This document shows positions 9,781 to 18,551 of a DNA stretch of 64,000 nt, piece by piece (positions within the stretch are counted from its first letter, which is position 1; each line of letters begins with the position of its first letter). The translations under genes and the position numbers were made by a program. The notes below the pieces were generated by a model that was given only the letters and a program-made list of their open reading frames with translations, was not told the origin of the DNA and ran no database searches. Origin of the DNA: Thalassobaculaceae bacterium (GTDB lineage Bacteria; Pseudomonadota; Alphaproteobacteria; Thalassobaculales; Thalassobaculaceae); NCBI GenBank assembly GCA_965228875.1, contig OZ245843.1, positions 372,001 through 436,000 on the forward strand, in the 5' to 3' direction.

Positions 9781-10695
9781 CTAGTTGATCGGTGCCAGGA
9801 TCTTGGTCAGGTCGAACAGCCGGTGGCCGATGTAGAGCAGGCCCATCAGCGTCGCCATCATGATCGCGCTGACCGCCATGGCGAGCGGGTAGTCCAGCGC
9901 GGTGATCGCCTGGGTGGCGATCAGTCCGGCGTTGACCGCTCCCGGTCCGCCCATGATGTTCGGGATCAGCGCCACGCCGATGCCGTTCACGAAGATGAAC
10001 ACCGCGCCGGCGAACACGCCCGGGGCCGCCAGCGGCAGGATCACGTCCTTGAACCGGCGAACCGGTCCGGCACCGAGGTCGTCGCAGACCTCGAAGATGA
10101 ATTTCGGCACCGCCTCCATGGCGAGGAAGCCGGCGAAGATGATGAACGGCATGAAGGACATGACTTCGCCGATGACCACGCCCGTGTGGGTGTAGATCAG
10201 CGCCGTGACCGGCTCGTCGATCAGGCCGAGGCTGATCAGCGTGTCGTTGACCAGGCCGTTGCGCTGAAGCACCGGACGCAGCGCGAAGATGCGGATGATC
10301 TCGGACACCATGAACGGCAGGATGAACAGCAGCACCACCCGGTGCTGGGCGACCTGCGGCACCGACTTGCGCACGAACACGGCGATCGGGAAGCCGAGGC
10401 AGAACGACACCACCACGGAGATCAGCGAGTACCCCATCGATGACAGGAAGTTCTGTAGCCGCGCTGAGAAGAAGAAGTTCTCGTAGGCCGCCAGCGTGAA
10501 ACCCGGCTCCATCCAGAACATCGTCCGCTCGAACACGCTAAAGACCGCGGTCAGCGACATGGGCAGTGCGAAGAACAGCACCATGAAGACCACGGGAATC
10601 CAGAAGGCCGCACCGGACAGGCGTTCGCGCAGAGTCGGCCGGAAGGGCTCGACGGGGGGAAGCCCGTCGAGCCCGTTCTCAGTCTTGTCGGTCAT
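9781..10695 (-). CDS. ABC transporter permease, PotB-like
   Basis: Multiple TMs; NGLVNDTL, EVCDDLGAG loop, VILPLAAPGV. Confidence 0.88.
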   Translation of the reverse strand: MTDKTENGLDGLPPVEPFRPTLRERLSGAAFWIPVVFMVLFFALPMSLTAVFSVFERTMFWMEPGFTLAAYENFFFSARLQNFLSSMGYSLISVVVSFCLGFPIAVFVRKSVPQVAQHRVVLLFILPFMVSEIIRIFALRPVLQRNGLVNDTLISLGLIDEPVTALIYTHTGVVIGEVMSFMPFIIFAGFLAMEAVPKFIFEVCDDLGAGPVRRFKDVILPLAAPGVFAGAVFIFVNGIGVALIPNIMGGPGAVNAGLIATQAITALDYPLAMAVSAIMMATLMGLLYIGHRLFDLTKILAPIN

Positions 10696-10701
10696 CGGCG
10701 A

Positions 10702-11868
10702 TCAGGCTGCCTGAACCCGGGACCACCAGTCCTGATAGGCGCGGATATTGGTCGGGAACACGTTCTGCCAGGAGTTCCCCGGAACCGCGAGCCGCTCCTG
10801 CTTGCGGGCGAGGCGGTCGTTGATGACCGCCTTGGTCGCCGCGTCGAAAGCGTCGGGGGTGGCGTCGACGTACTCCAGGACGCCCTTCATCTGCGGCGTG
10901 AAGCCAAGGGCGGCCAGGGTGCGCGCGCCGAACCACGGCGACAGATACAGGTTCACCAGCTTGTAGAAGGTCTCGTCCATGCCGCGCTCGCGGCCGCCGC
11001 GGGTCAGCATGACGATATTGTTCCAGGCCTGGTGGCCTTCTTTCATGGTTCCGTAGCGGATGTCCTTGCCGCTCTTGCGCCCGGCGACGATCTGCACCGG
11101 CTCCCAGCACGAGGCGACGAGAACCTCTTCGGAGGCCAGCAGGTCGACGCCGTTCTGGAAACCGTCCCAGAAGGTGCGGAACTGACCGGCCTTCTTCTTT
11201 TCGATCAGGAACTGGCACACGCCCTTGACCTCGGCCTCGGACATGTCGGACGGGTTGTCGATGTCCTGCTTGCCCGACTGCTTGAGGTAGATCGCTGTGT
11301 TCGTCAGGGTCGGCCCGAAGTCGTTCTGCAGGGCGGCGCGACCCTTGAACTGGCTGTCGAACAGCACTTCCCAGCTGTCCGGCTCGGCGCCGATGACGTC
11401 GTGGTTGAAGGCGAGCGCGTCGGCGTTCGAGATGTACGGAATGGCGACGACCTTGCCGTCATAGCGGATCGTGTCGGCGGCGGCCCCGCCGTCGAGATAA
11501 CGATCCTCGATGATCGACCAGTTGGGGATCTTCGCGACATCGAGCTCGACGATCGCGTCCTGGCTCGCCAGCGCGTCCTCCATGCCGCCACCGTTGTCGG
11601 TCATGGCGTCATAGAGCGCGTTGCCGTCGCCGACCACCATTTTCTGGATCGCCTCGTCGGCGCGGGCGCTCTTGGCGATCGGGGCGAGCTTGAACCCGCC
11701 TTCCGTCTCCATGTCGCTCCAGTCCTTGGCGCCGACCCGCGCGATGCCGGGGGCCCAGAACTTCAGGGCGGTCTCCTGTGCCAGAGCGGAGGCGGGCAGG
11801 AGGCCGGCGGTCGCGGCGGACCCCATCAGCGCCAGCATCTGGCGTCGGTTGAATTCGATCTGGTTCAT
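10702..11868 (-). CDS. ABC substrate-binding protein, PotD/PotF-like, Tat-exported
   Basis: Twin-arginine signal MNQIEFNRRQMLAL; PDSWEVLFDSQFKGR; first gene of the Pot-like operon. Confidence 0.85.
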   Translation of the reverse strand: MNQIEFNRRQMLALMGSAATAGLLPASALAQETALKFWAPGIARVGAKDWSDMETEGGFKLAPIAKSARADEAIQKMVVGDGNALYDAMTDNGGGMEDALASQDAIVELDVAKIPNWSIIEDRYLDGGAAADTIRYDGKVVAIPYISNADALAFNHDVIGAEPDSWEVLFDSQFKGRAALQNDFGPTLTNTAIYLKQSGKQDIDNPSDMSEAEVKGVCQFLIEKKKAGQFRTFWDGFQNGVDLLASEEVLVASCWEPVQIVAGRKSGKDIRYGTMKEGHQAWNNIVMLTRGGRERGMDETFYKLVNLYLSPWFGARTLAALGFTPQMKGVLEYVDATPDAFDAATKAVINDRLARKQERLAVPGNSWQNVFPTNIRAYQDWWSRVQAA

Positions 11869-12044
11869 GGCAGTCCTGTCCCCCTGTTGCTCTCGCCCGC
11901 GTGTTACGTTCCCCCCACCCATCGTTTCCACGCCGACGGCTTCTGTGTCCATCAACGCCAAACCCGCGCAAGAGAACGTTGAGTCTCTACGCGTTCAGGC
12001 TTGCTTGCCCCTATAGCTTGGGCAGGGCCGCCCGGGATCCGCAA

Positions 12045-12101
12045 GGGCGAAACGACATGGGGCGAAACGACAGGGGGCGAAACGACAGGGGGCGAACGGA
12101 C
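12045..12101 (+). repeat. 15-bp tandem repeat GGGCGAAACGACA(T/G)G, three full copies plus a degenerate fourth
   Basis: Read directly: gggcgaaacgacatg gggcgaaacgacagg gggcgaaacgacagg gggcgaacggac. Confidence 0.9.
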
Positions 12102-12134
12102 CGGTCGGTTCCCGAGCCGGCAGCGCCGTGTCGG

Positions 12135-13241
12135 TTAGTCGCTAACCTGGGAGCGCGCCGCGACCTCCGGGTCGAGGGCGAGGCCGAGGCCCGGCGCGGT
12201 GGGAGCCGCGAGGTGCACGCCGTCCTCGTCGATCACCTCCTCGAAGGCGGCACCGGCGAACAGCATCGTCTGGAACTCCAGCAATGCGTTGTCGGCCATG
12301 AAATACTCGATCCACCGCACGTTCGGCAGCCCCGCCGCCAGGTGGATGTGGACGTTTTGCAGGTTCCACGGGGAGACCGGGACGTTCATCGAGGTCGCAT
12401 AGGCGTGGATGCGCAGCCAGTCGGTGATGCCGCCGGTGATCATCACATTGGGCTGCACCATGTCGACGCCGCCCTGCTCGACCAGGGCCCGGAACTCCGA
12501 CAGTCCGACATTCTGCTCGCCGCCGACGATGTAGGTGCGTCCGGCCCGCGCACGCACCCGGGCGTAGCCGGGGATGTCGTGCGGCGGCACCGGTTCCTCC
12601 AGCCAGTAGATGTCGTACGGTTCCCAGATCTTGAGCTGCTGGACGGCGGTGTCGACATCCCAGGTGCCGTTGACGTCGACCATGATCTTGACCTCCGGCC
12701 CGACCGCCTCGCGCACGGCCCGGACCCTGTCGGTCGCCTCGCGCGGAGTGACGTAGCCCCTGGTCCCGCGGATCTTCAGGGCGCGGTGGCCGATGGCGAC
12801 GTAGGACGCCGCGCGCTCGGCCAGGGCGTCGGGGGCCATGTGGTGGGCGCAGTTGGCATAGGTGGGAACCAGCGGGCGATGCCCGCCGAGCAGGGCGCTC
12901 ACCGGTTGGCCGGCGGCCTTGCCCTTGATGTCCCAGACCGCCATGTCGAGCGCCGCAAGCGCGTAGCGGGCGATGCCGTCGCCGCCGCGGCGGGGCACGG
13001 TCTCGCCCTGCAGACGCCGCCAGAGATCTCCGTTCAGCCGGGGATCGGCACCGACCGCGGCCGGCCCGAAGACCGTCTCGATCAGCTGCGCGATGATGGT
13101 GCCCATGCGCGGCGGGGCGTTGGCGAACCCCATGCCGGTCACATCGGCATCCGTCGCCAGTTCGACCACCACCATCTCGGCCGAGTAGGGGTTGGAGCCC
13201 TCGCCGCGATAGCGCTTGACGGTCACCTCGGTGATCTTCAT
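12135..13241 (-). CDS. Mandelate racemase/muconate lactonizing enzyme (enolase superfamily) with atypical catalytic residues
   Basis: AALDMAVWDIKGKAAGQPVSALLGG, MVDVNG, WLEEP, GGEQ, PTAPGLG; ATG 13241. Confidence 0.9.
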   Translation of the reverse strand: MKITEVTVKRYRGEGSNPYSAEMVVVELATDADVTGMGFANAPPRMGTIIAQLIETVFGPAAVGADPRLNGDLWRRLQGETVPRRGGDGIARYALAALDMAVWDIKGKAAGQPVSALLGGHRPLVPTYANCAHHMAPDALAERAASYVAIGHRALKIRGTRGYVTPREATDRVRAVREAVGPEVKIMVDVNGTWDVDTAVQQLKIWEPYDIYWLEEPVPPHDIPGYARVRARAGRTYIVGGEQNVGLSEFRALVEQGGVDMVQPNVMITGGITDWLRIHAYATSMNVPVSPWNLQNVHIHLAAGLPNVRWIEYFMADNALLEFQTMLFAGAAFEEVIDEDGVHLAAPTAPGLGLALDPEVAARSQVSD

Positions 13242-13254
13242 CGATCTCTCCAGG

Positions 13255-14745
13255 TCAGTCGGTGGTCCAGAAGCGGGCCCGAATCCAGCCGTAGATGGCG
13301 GATCCGAACAGGCCGAGGAAGGCGAAGAGCAGGAACAGCGCGGCAAGCGGCTGGGTGAAGATCAGCCACCAGTCCCCCTCGAACATCTTCAGCGAGTTCT
13401 GCAGGTTGGTCTCGACCATCTCGCCGAGGATCAGGCCGACGGCGATCGGGGCGACGGCGAAGCCGTGCCGGCGCGCCAGGAAGCCGACCACCCCGAAAAT
13501 CAGGGCGATCCATACGTCCAGCATCGACGCGTGCAGCGCATAGGCGCCGATCACCGCCAGGGCGAAGACGATCGGCCAGAGGATCTTCGACGGCACCAGG
13601 GAGATCCGGGCGAACAGCTTCGCCGCGTACAGGCCCATGGCCAGGAACATCAGGTTGGCGATCAGCATGGCGCCGAAGATCTGGTAGACCTGATAGACCT
13701 GCTCGGTGAACAGATAGGGACCGGGCCGCAGGCCATGGACCAGCAGGCCGACTAGGATGACCGCCGTCGTGCCGCTGCCCGGGATGCCGAGCACCATGGT
13801 CGGGACCATGGCGCCGCCGGTGGCCGCGTTGTTTGCGGCCTCCGCGCCGGAGATGCCCTCGATCGACCCCTTGCCGAACTCCTCCTTGTTCTTCGACCAC
13901 CGTCGGGCCTCGGCATAGCCGATCATCGAGGCGACGGTAGCACCCTCGGCCGGCAGCACGCCGATGAAGGTGCCGATCCCGCACGACCGGAGCACCGTCT
14001 TCCAGATCCGCTTGTAGTCCTCCCGGCTCGGCAGCTTGACGGCGTTCAGGTGGATCGCGGCGATGGCGCGGTTTGCATGCTTCGACTGGACCAGCAACTC
14101 CGAAATGGCGAACAGGCCGATGAAGACCGGCACGAAGGACAGGCCCTCGTAGAGCTCGTAGTTACCGAACATGAAGCGTTCGATGCCGGTGGTCGGCTCG
14201 GCGCCGATGGTCGCCAGCCACACGCCGAACACGCCGCCGATCAGGTTTCGGACGGCGCCGCCGGCGCTGATCGAGGCGAGCATCGACAGGCCGAATACGG
14301 CGAGCGCAAAGTATTCCGGCGGGCGGAACTCGTAGGCGACGCGAGCGAGCAGGGGGGCGGCGATGCAGAGGACGAGGATCGAGAAGATGCCGCCGACGGT
14401 GCTCGACACGACGGCTATGCCAAGGGCCCGGCCGGCTTCGCCCCGCTTGGCCAGCGGATATCCGTCGAAGGTCGTTGCCGCGGCGGCGGCTGTGCCCGGC
14501 GTGTTGATGAGGATCGCGGTGATCGATCCGGCGAAGGTGGCGGAGACGTAGATCGTTGCCAGCACCGCGATGGCGTGTACCGGATCCATGGTCAGGGTGA
14601 ACGGCAGCAGCAGGGCCGCGCCGGTCGTTGCGCCGAGGCCCGGCAGGACGCCGATGACCACGCCGACGATGGTCGTCAGAAAGATCAGCAGGAGGAGATA
14701 GGGGTCGAAGACGACCGACCCCATTGCGTGCAGGGCTTCCAGCAT
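13255..14745 (-). CDS. tctA: Tripartite tricarboxylate transporter large permease
   Basis: GVLPGLG, AILINTPGT, DGYPLA, GAEAANNA, LGIPGS. Confidence 0.92.
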   Translation of the reverse strand: MLEALHAMGSVVFDPYLLLLIFLTTIVGVVIGVLPGLGATTGAALLLPFTLTMDPVHAIAVLATIYVSATFAGSITAILINTPGTAAAAATTFDGYPLAKRGEAGRALGIAVVSSTVGGIFSILVLCIAAPLLARVAYEFRPPEYFALAVFGLSMLASISAGGAVRNLIGGVFGVWLATIGAEPTTGIERFMFGNYELYEGLSFVPVFIGLFAISELLVQSKHANRAIAAIHLNAVKLPSREDYKRIWKTVLRSCGIGTFIGVLPAEGATVASMIGYAEARRWSKNKEEFGKGSIEGISGAEAANNAATGGAMVPTMVLGIPGSGTTAVILVGLLVHGLRPGPYLFTEQVYQVYQIFGAMLIANLMFLAMGLYAAKLFARISLVPSKILWPIVFALAVIGAYALHASMLDVWIALIFGVVGFLARRHGFAVAPIAVGLILGEMVETNLQNSLKMFEGDWWLIFTQPLAALFLLFAFLGLFGSAIYGWIRARFWTTD

Positions 14746-14756
14746 CAGGGGGCGTC

Positions 14757-15212
14757 CTAACCGTAGTACCAGTTGGTGAAGAGACCCCGGGGGAACCGAA
14801 CCTGCAGCACTTTGTCGAACAGCAGGAAGACCGAGGAGGGGGTCAGGATTGCGATGGCGAGGGCCACAGGGATGCGCCGCTCGCCCCACAGGAGGCACAT
14901 GAGGAACACGACGACCGCGATGGCGATCATCATGTCAACGTAGACCGTCAGCGGGTAGAAGATCGCGAACAGGGCGATCGTGCCCCAGGTCGGGATCCCC
15001 TCGAGACGGATCTCCTTCGGCGGCGCCGTCCGGTACTGCAGGGCGAGCGCGACGGCCAGGCCGAGGTTGATGATCATCAGGACGATCGGAAACACGCGGG
15101 GCTGCATGCTGTCGCCGACGATCATGTCCGGAGACAGGTCGAGGTGCAGCGACGCCCAAATGACGACGACCGAAAAGCCGACGATCAGGGCTGGTATCGT
15201 GAGATGGCGCAT
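14757..15212 (-). CDS. tctB: Tripartite tricarboxylate transporter small permease
   Basis: About four TMs, PRVFP and LFDKVLQVRFPRG; lies between tctC and tctA. Confidence 0.85.
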   Translation of the reverse strand: MRHLTIPALIVGFSVVVIWASLHLDLSPDMIVGDSMQPRVFPIVLMIINLGLAVALALQYRTAPPKEIRLEGIPTWGTIALFAIFYPLTVYVDMMIAIAVVVFLMCLLWGERRIPVALAIAILTPSSVFLLFDKVLQVRFPRGLFTNWYYG

Positions 15213-15271
15213 GATCGGACGGTCGGTGCGTCCCGCGGGACGCACCGCCGCTCCCTACTGTGATGGCGTGT

Positions 15272-16252
15272 CTACTTGACTAGGCCCATTTCCTTCAGGG
15301 CCGGGCCGAACTCGGCGACCATCGACTTGATCTGCTTGCCCCAGGGGCCGGACGGCTGCGGCGAAGTCGCGTCCAGGCCGGAGTTCATCAGATAGGCCTG
15401 GTAGAGCGAGTGCTGCATCGCCTTGGAGAGGCCGTCCTCGAGTTCCGCCCGCCGCGCCTCGTCGACGCCGGTATGGGTGACGAACCCTCGGGTCGTCGAC
15501 AGCACCAGGTCGATGCCCAGTTCCTTCGACGACTTGGCCGCCGGGATCGGTTCCATACCCGATTCCGCCAAGACCACCAGCGGGCAGATATCGCCCGCCT
15601 CGACCGGAGCGGAGGCTTCCGACAGGTTCAGCACACCAACATCGACCGCGCCGGCGACCAGCTGCGTGGCCAGCTCTCCACCGCCCTTGAACGGAATGTA
15701 GGTCGGCATCGGCACGCCGAGGCGCTTGGCCCAGAGATAGACCGTGATGTGGTCGATCGTGCCGGTGTGGGTCCCGCCGAACTTCAGCTTGTCGCCGCCC
15801 TTCATGCCGGCGACGAACTCCTCAGGCGTCTTGTAGGCGGTGGTCTTGCAGTTGACCATGAGGATCTGCGGGTCGTTGGTGCCGCGGGCGATCGGCGCCA
15901 TGTCATCAACCGTCAGCTTGGTCTTGCCCATGGCCATGGCGATGGCGTGACCGACGGTGAAGGTCATGATGGTGTTGCCGTCGGCGGGCCGGGTCAGGAA
16001 GTAGTTCATCGCCGCAGCACCGCCGCCGCCGCGCTTGTTGACGACGACCATGTCCTGCTTCAGCAGCCGGCGGGCTCGGATCATCATCATGCGAGAATTC
16101 ACGTCGGTCCCGCCGCCGGCACCGGCATGGGTGACCACTTCGATGGCCGGCTTGTCCTGGGCCAGCGCGGACGTGCCGCCCGACGCGACCAGGCCGAACC
16201 CGGCCACGACCGCCGCCAGCAGCGTCGTACTCTTGAGAATAGAACGCGTCAT
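15272..16252 (-). CDS. tctC: Tripartite tricarboxylate transporter substrate-binding protein (Bug/TctC)
   Basis: Signal peptide; AGAGGGTD, VVNKRGGGG, YIPFKGGGE. Confidence 0.9.
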   Translation of the reverse strand: MTRSILKSTTLLAAVVAGFGLVASGGTSALAQDKPAIEVVTHAGAGGGTDVNSRMMMIRARRLLKQDMVVVNKRGGGGAAAMNYFLTRPADGNTIMTFTVGHAIAMAMGKTKLTVDDMAPIARGTNDPQILMVNCKTTAYKTPEEFVAGMKGGDKLKFGGTHTGTIDHITVYLWAKRLGVPMPTYIPFKGGGELATQLVAGAVDVGVLNLSEASAPVEAGDICPLVVLAESGMEPIPAAKSSKELGIDLVLSTTRGFVTHTGVDEARRAELEDGLSKAMQHSLYQAYLMNSGLDATSPQPSGPWGKQIKSMVAEFGPALKEMGLVK

Positions 16253-16358
16253 GGTTCCTTCCCTCCCTAATGGTTATTTCCGCGTCGGCGATTGGGGCGC
16301 CGCGCAGATTCATTGCTTGTCCGGCCATAGTGCTGGAGCCGCGGGAGGAGCGTCAACG

Positions 16359-16380
16359 GCAATTTGGTATGCCAAATTGC
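16359..16380. promoter_or_regulatory. Palindromic operator GCAATTTGG-TATG-CCAAATTGC upstream of tctC, probable GntR/FadR site
   Basis: Perfect 9-bp inverted repeat; the 13-bp core TGGTATGCCAAAT recurs at 17206-17218. Confidence 0.7.
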
Positions 16381-16381
16381 T

Positions 16382-17104
16382 TCAGGGATCGCTGGCGTAG
16401 ACCTTGACCCAGGTGTGGCCGAGGTGGTCGCGCAGCAGGACCGACAGGCGCGCCTCGTCCCGCGCCTTGAGCGCTTCGGCGATCTGCTCGTGCTGCTCGA
16501 CCGCCTCGTGCCAACGGTCGCTGCGCTGGTTGGAGATGTAGCGGATGCGGTAGAGTCTCGCGTTGAGCTGCCTGTGGGTGTCGACCAGGACCTGGTTGCC
16601 GCTGGCCGCGACGATGCTCTTGTGGATCGCCTGGTTGAGCTTGAAGTAGGCGAGCTTGTCCGCGCGGTAGTAGGCCGAAAGCATCTCGTGATGCAGGGCG
16701 AGAATCTCCTGAATCTGCTCGTCGGTCGCCATCCTTGCCGCGAGCTCGCCGGCAAGAGCCTCCAGCGAACTCAGAACCACGAGAAGCTGTCGGACCTCCT
16801 CCATGTCGGGGTCGGCGACGACCGCGCCGCGATTGGGCACGCTGTAGAGCAGCCGTTCGCCGACGAGGATGCGGATGGCCTCGCGCAGCGGCGTGCGCGA
16901 CACGTTCAGCCGGTCGGACAGCTGGCGCTCCCGGATCCGGGTGCCCGGTTTCAGTTCGTCCTGAATGATCATGTCGCGCAGGGCCGAGGCGACCTGGCTG
17001 ACCAGAAGCCGGCCGGCGAGGTCGTCGTTGCTTGGGACGCCGGAGGCGGGAGCCCCGTCGTCGACCGCGACCTGAGCAAGTGGCTCGGACCCGGGGTTTG
17101 CCAT
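16382..17104 (-). CDS. GntR/FCD-family transcriptional regulator
   Basis: LKPGTRIRERQLSDRLNVSRTPLREAI wHTH; FCD C-terminus (NQAIH, EHEQI, LRDHL). Confidence 0.92.
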   Translation of the reverse strand: MANPGSEPLAQVAVDDGAPASGVPSNDDLAGRLLVSQVASALRDMIIQDELKPGTRIRERQLSDRLNVSRTPLREAIRILVGERLLYSVPNRGAVVADPDMEEVRQLLVVLSSLEALAGELAARMATDEQIQEILALHHEMLSAYYRADKLAYFKLNQAIHKSIVAASGNQVLVDTHRQLNARLYRIRYISNQRSDRWHEAVEQHEQIAEALKARDEARLSVLLRDHLGHTWVKVYASDP

Positions 17105-17198
17105 GCACGTCCCTTTCCACGCTGCGGCCGGATCCGGCCGGCCGGCGCTGTCATACCGTTCCGGCGAACGGGAGTATAGCGGAGGTCGATTGACGAGG

Positions 17199-17218
17199 GC
17201 AAAAATGGTATGCCAAAT
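17199..17218. promoter_or_regulatory. Second copy of the putative GntR operator in the divergent gntR/CoA-transferase promoter
   Basis: GCAAAAATGGTATGCCAAAT shares an identical 13-bp core with the 16359 site. Confidence 0.65.
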
Positions 17219-17298
17219 CTCTCGGCCGCGTTGCCGATGGTTGAAATCCGGCGCTGCCCACTCCCGGGGAGCGCAGAGCAGCAAGGGATCGACAGGAC

Positions 17299-18477
17299 AT
17301 GGGCTCCGGACCGCTTTCCGACCTCTTCGTACTCGACCTCACCCGCGCCCGCGCCGGGCCGACGGCGGTGCGCCAGCTCGCCGACTGGGGCGCCGACGTG
17401 GTGAAGATCGAGCTGCCGCCATCGGTCGGGAAGGACTCTCTCGGGGGCGAGCGAGACGGTTTCGACTTCCAGAATCTGCATCGCAACAAACGCAGCCTGA
17501 CCCTTGACCTGAAGTCCGAGGCGGGGCGAGGCATCTTCCTGCGGCTGGCCGAGAAGGCCGACGTGGTGATCGAGAACTTCCGCCCGGACGTGAAGCACCG
17601 GCTGAAGATCGACTACGAGACGCTGGCGGCGATCAACCCGCGGCTGATCTACGGCAGCATCTCCGGTTTCGGCCAGGAAGGGCCGTACAGTGGCCGTCCC
17701 GGACTCGATCAGATCGCGCAGGGGATGAGCGGGCTCATGTCCGTGACCGGCCTGCCGGGCCAGGGTCCGGTGCGTGCCGGTATCCCGCTGGCCGACCTGT
17801 CGGCCGGCTTCAACCTCGCCATGGGTGTGCTGATCGCCCTGCATGAGCGGGAGCGTTCCGGCAAGGGACAGTGGGTGCGCACATCGCTGCTCGAGGCGCA
17901 GATCGCGATGATGGACCTGCAGGCGGCACGCTATCTGATGAACGGAGACGTGCCGAAACAGGCCGGCAACAACCACCCGGTCCACATCCCGACCGGGGTT
18001 TTCCGGACCGCGGACGGCGCCATCATCATCCAGGCGTCGGCGCAGAACCTTTACAAGCGCATGTGCGACGCGATCGGCGCGCCGGAACTGTTCGATCACC
18101 CCGACTACGTCGACGGCAAGGGCCGGCTGGCGAACCGCGATGCGCTGAACGCCGAGATCGAGGCGCGCACGTCGACGCAGAGCACCCAGCACTGGATCGA
18201 TGTCCTGGCCGAGGCCGGCGTGCCGGCGGGGCCGATCTATTCCGTCGATCAGACCTTCGCCGATCCGCAGGTGCAGACCCTGAACATGGACCCGACGGTC
18301 ACCCGGCCGGACGGGACCGACGTCCGGGTCGTCGGACAGGCGGTCAAGATGTCCCGCACCCCGAGCGAGATGCGCAGCGCCACGCCGGGCCTCGGTGCCC
18401 ACACCGACGAGATCCTGCGCGGCGCTGGGTATTCGGACGACGAGATCGCCGCCTTCCACGAGGCCGGCACGGTCTGA
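17299..18477 (+). CDS. CaiB/BaiF family III CoA-transferase
   Basis: VLDLTRARAGP, LADWGADVVKIE, RNKRSLTLDLK, ENFRP, INPRLIY, LADLSAG, PGLGAHTDEIL. Confidence 0.93.
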   Translation: MGSGPLSDLFVLDLTRARAGPTAVRQLADWGADVVKIELPPSVGKDSLGGERDGFDFQNLHRNKRSLTLDLKSEAGRGIFLRLAEKADVVIENFRPDVKHRLKIDYETLAAINPRLIYGSISGFGQEGPYSGRPGLDQIAQGMSGLMSVTGLPGQGPVRAGIPLADLSAGFNLAMGVLIALHERERSGKGQWVRTSLLEAQIAMMDLQAARYLMNGDVPKQAGNNHPVHIPTGVFRTADGAIIIQASAQNLYKRMCDAIGAPELFDHPDYVDGKGRLANRDALNAEIEARTSTQSTQHWIDVLAEAGVPAGPIYSVDQTFADPQVQTLNMDPTVTRPDGTDVRVVGQAVKMSRTPSEMRSATPGLGAHTDEILRGAGYSDDEIAAFHEAGTV

Positions 18478-18484
18478 CCGACCG

Positions 18485-18522
18485 CCGCCGGCCACCGGTC
18501 TACCATGGACCGGGGCCGGCGG
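18485..18522. terminator. GC-rich hairpin between convergent genes, possible bidirectional terminator
   Basis: CCGCCGGCC-ACCGGTC...GACCGG-GGCCGGCGG stem; no clear U tract. Confidence 0.45.
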
Positions 18523-18551
18523 CCGTCAGTCGGCCCCCCGACACGATTGCG

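Noticed and set aside
12045..12101. Possible mini-CRISPR
   Set aside because: The 15-bp units are contiguous, with no spacers and no cas genes in the window
16359..16381. Possible sigma-54 promoter (TGGCA...TTGC)
   Set aside because: GG-to-GC spacing is 11 nt here and 12 nt at the 17200 copy, not the required 10; a palindromic operator fits better
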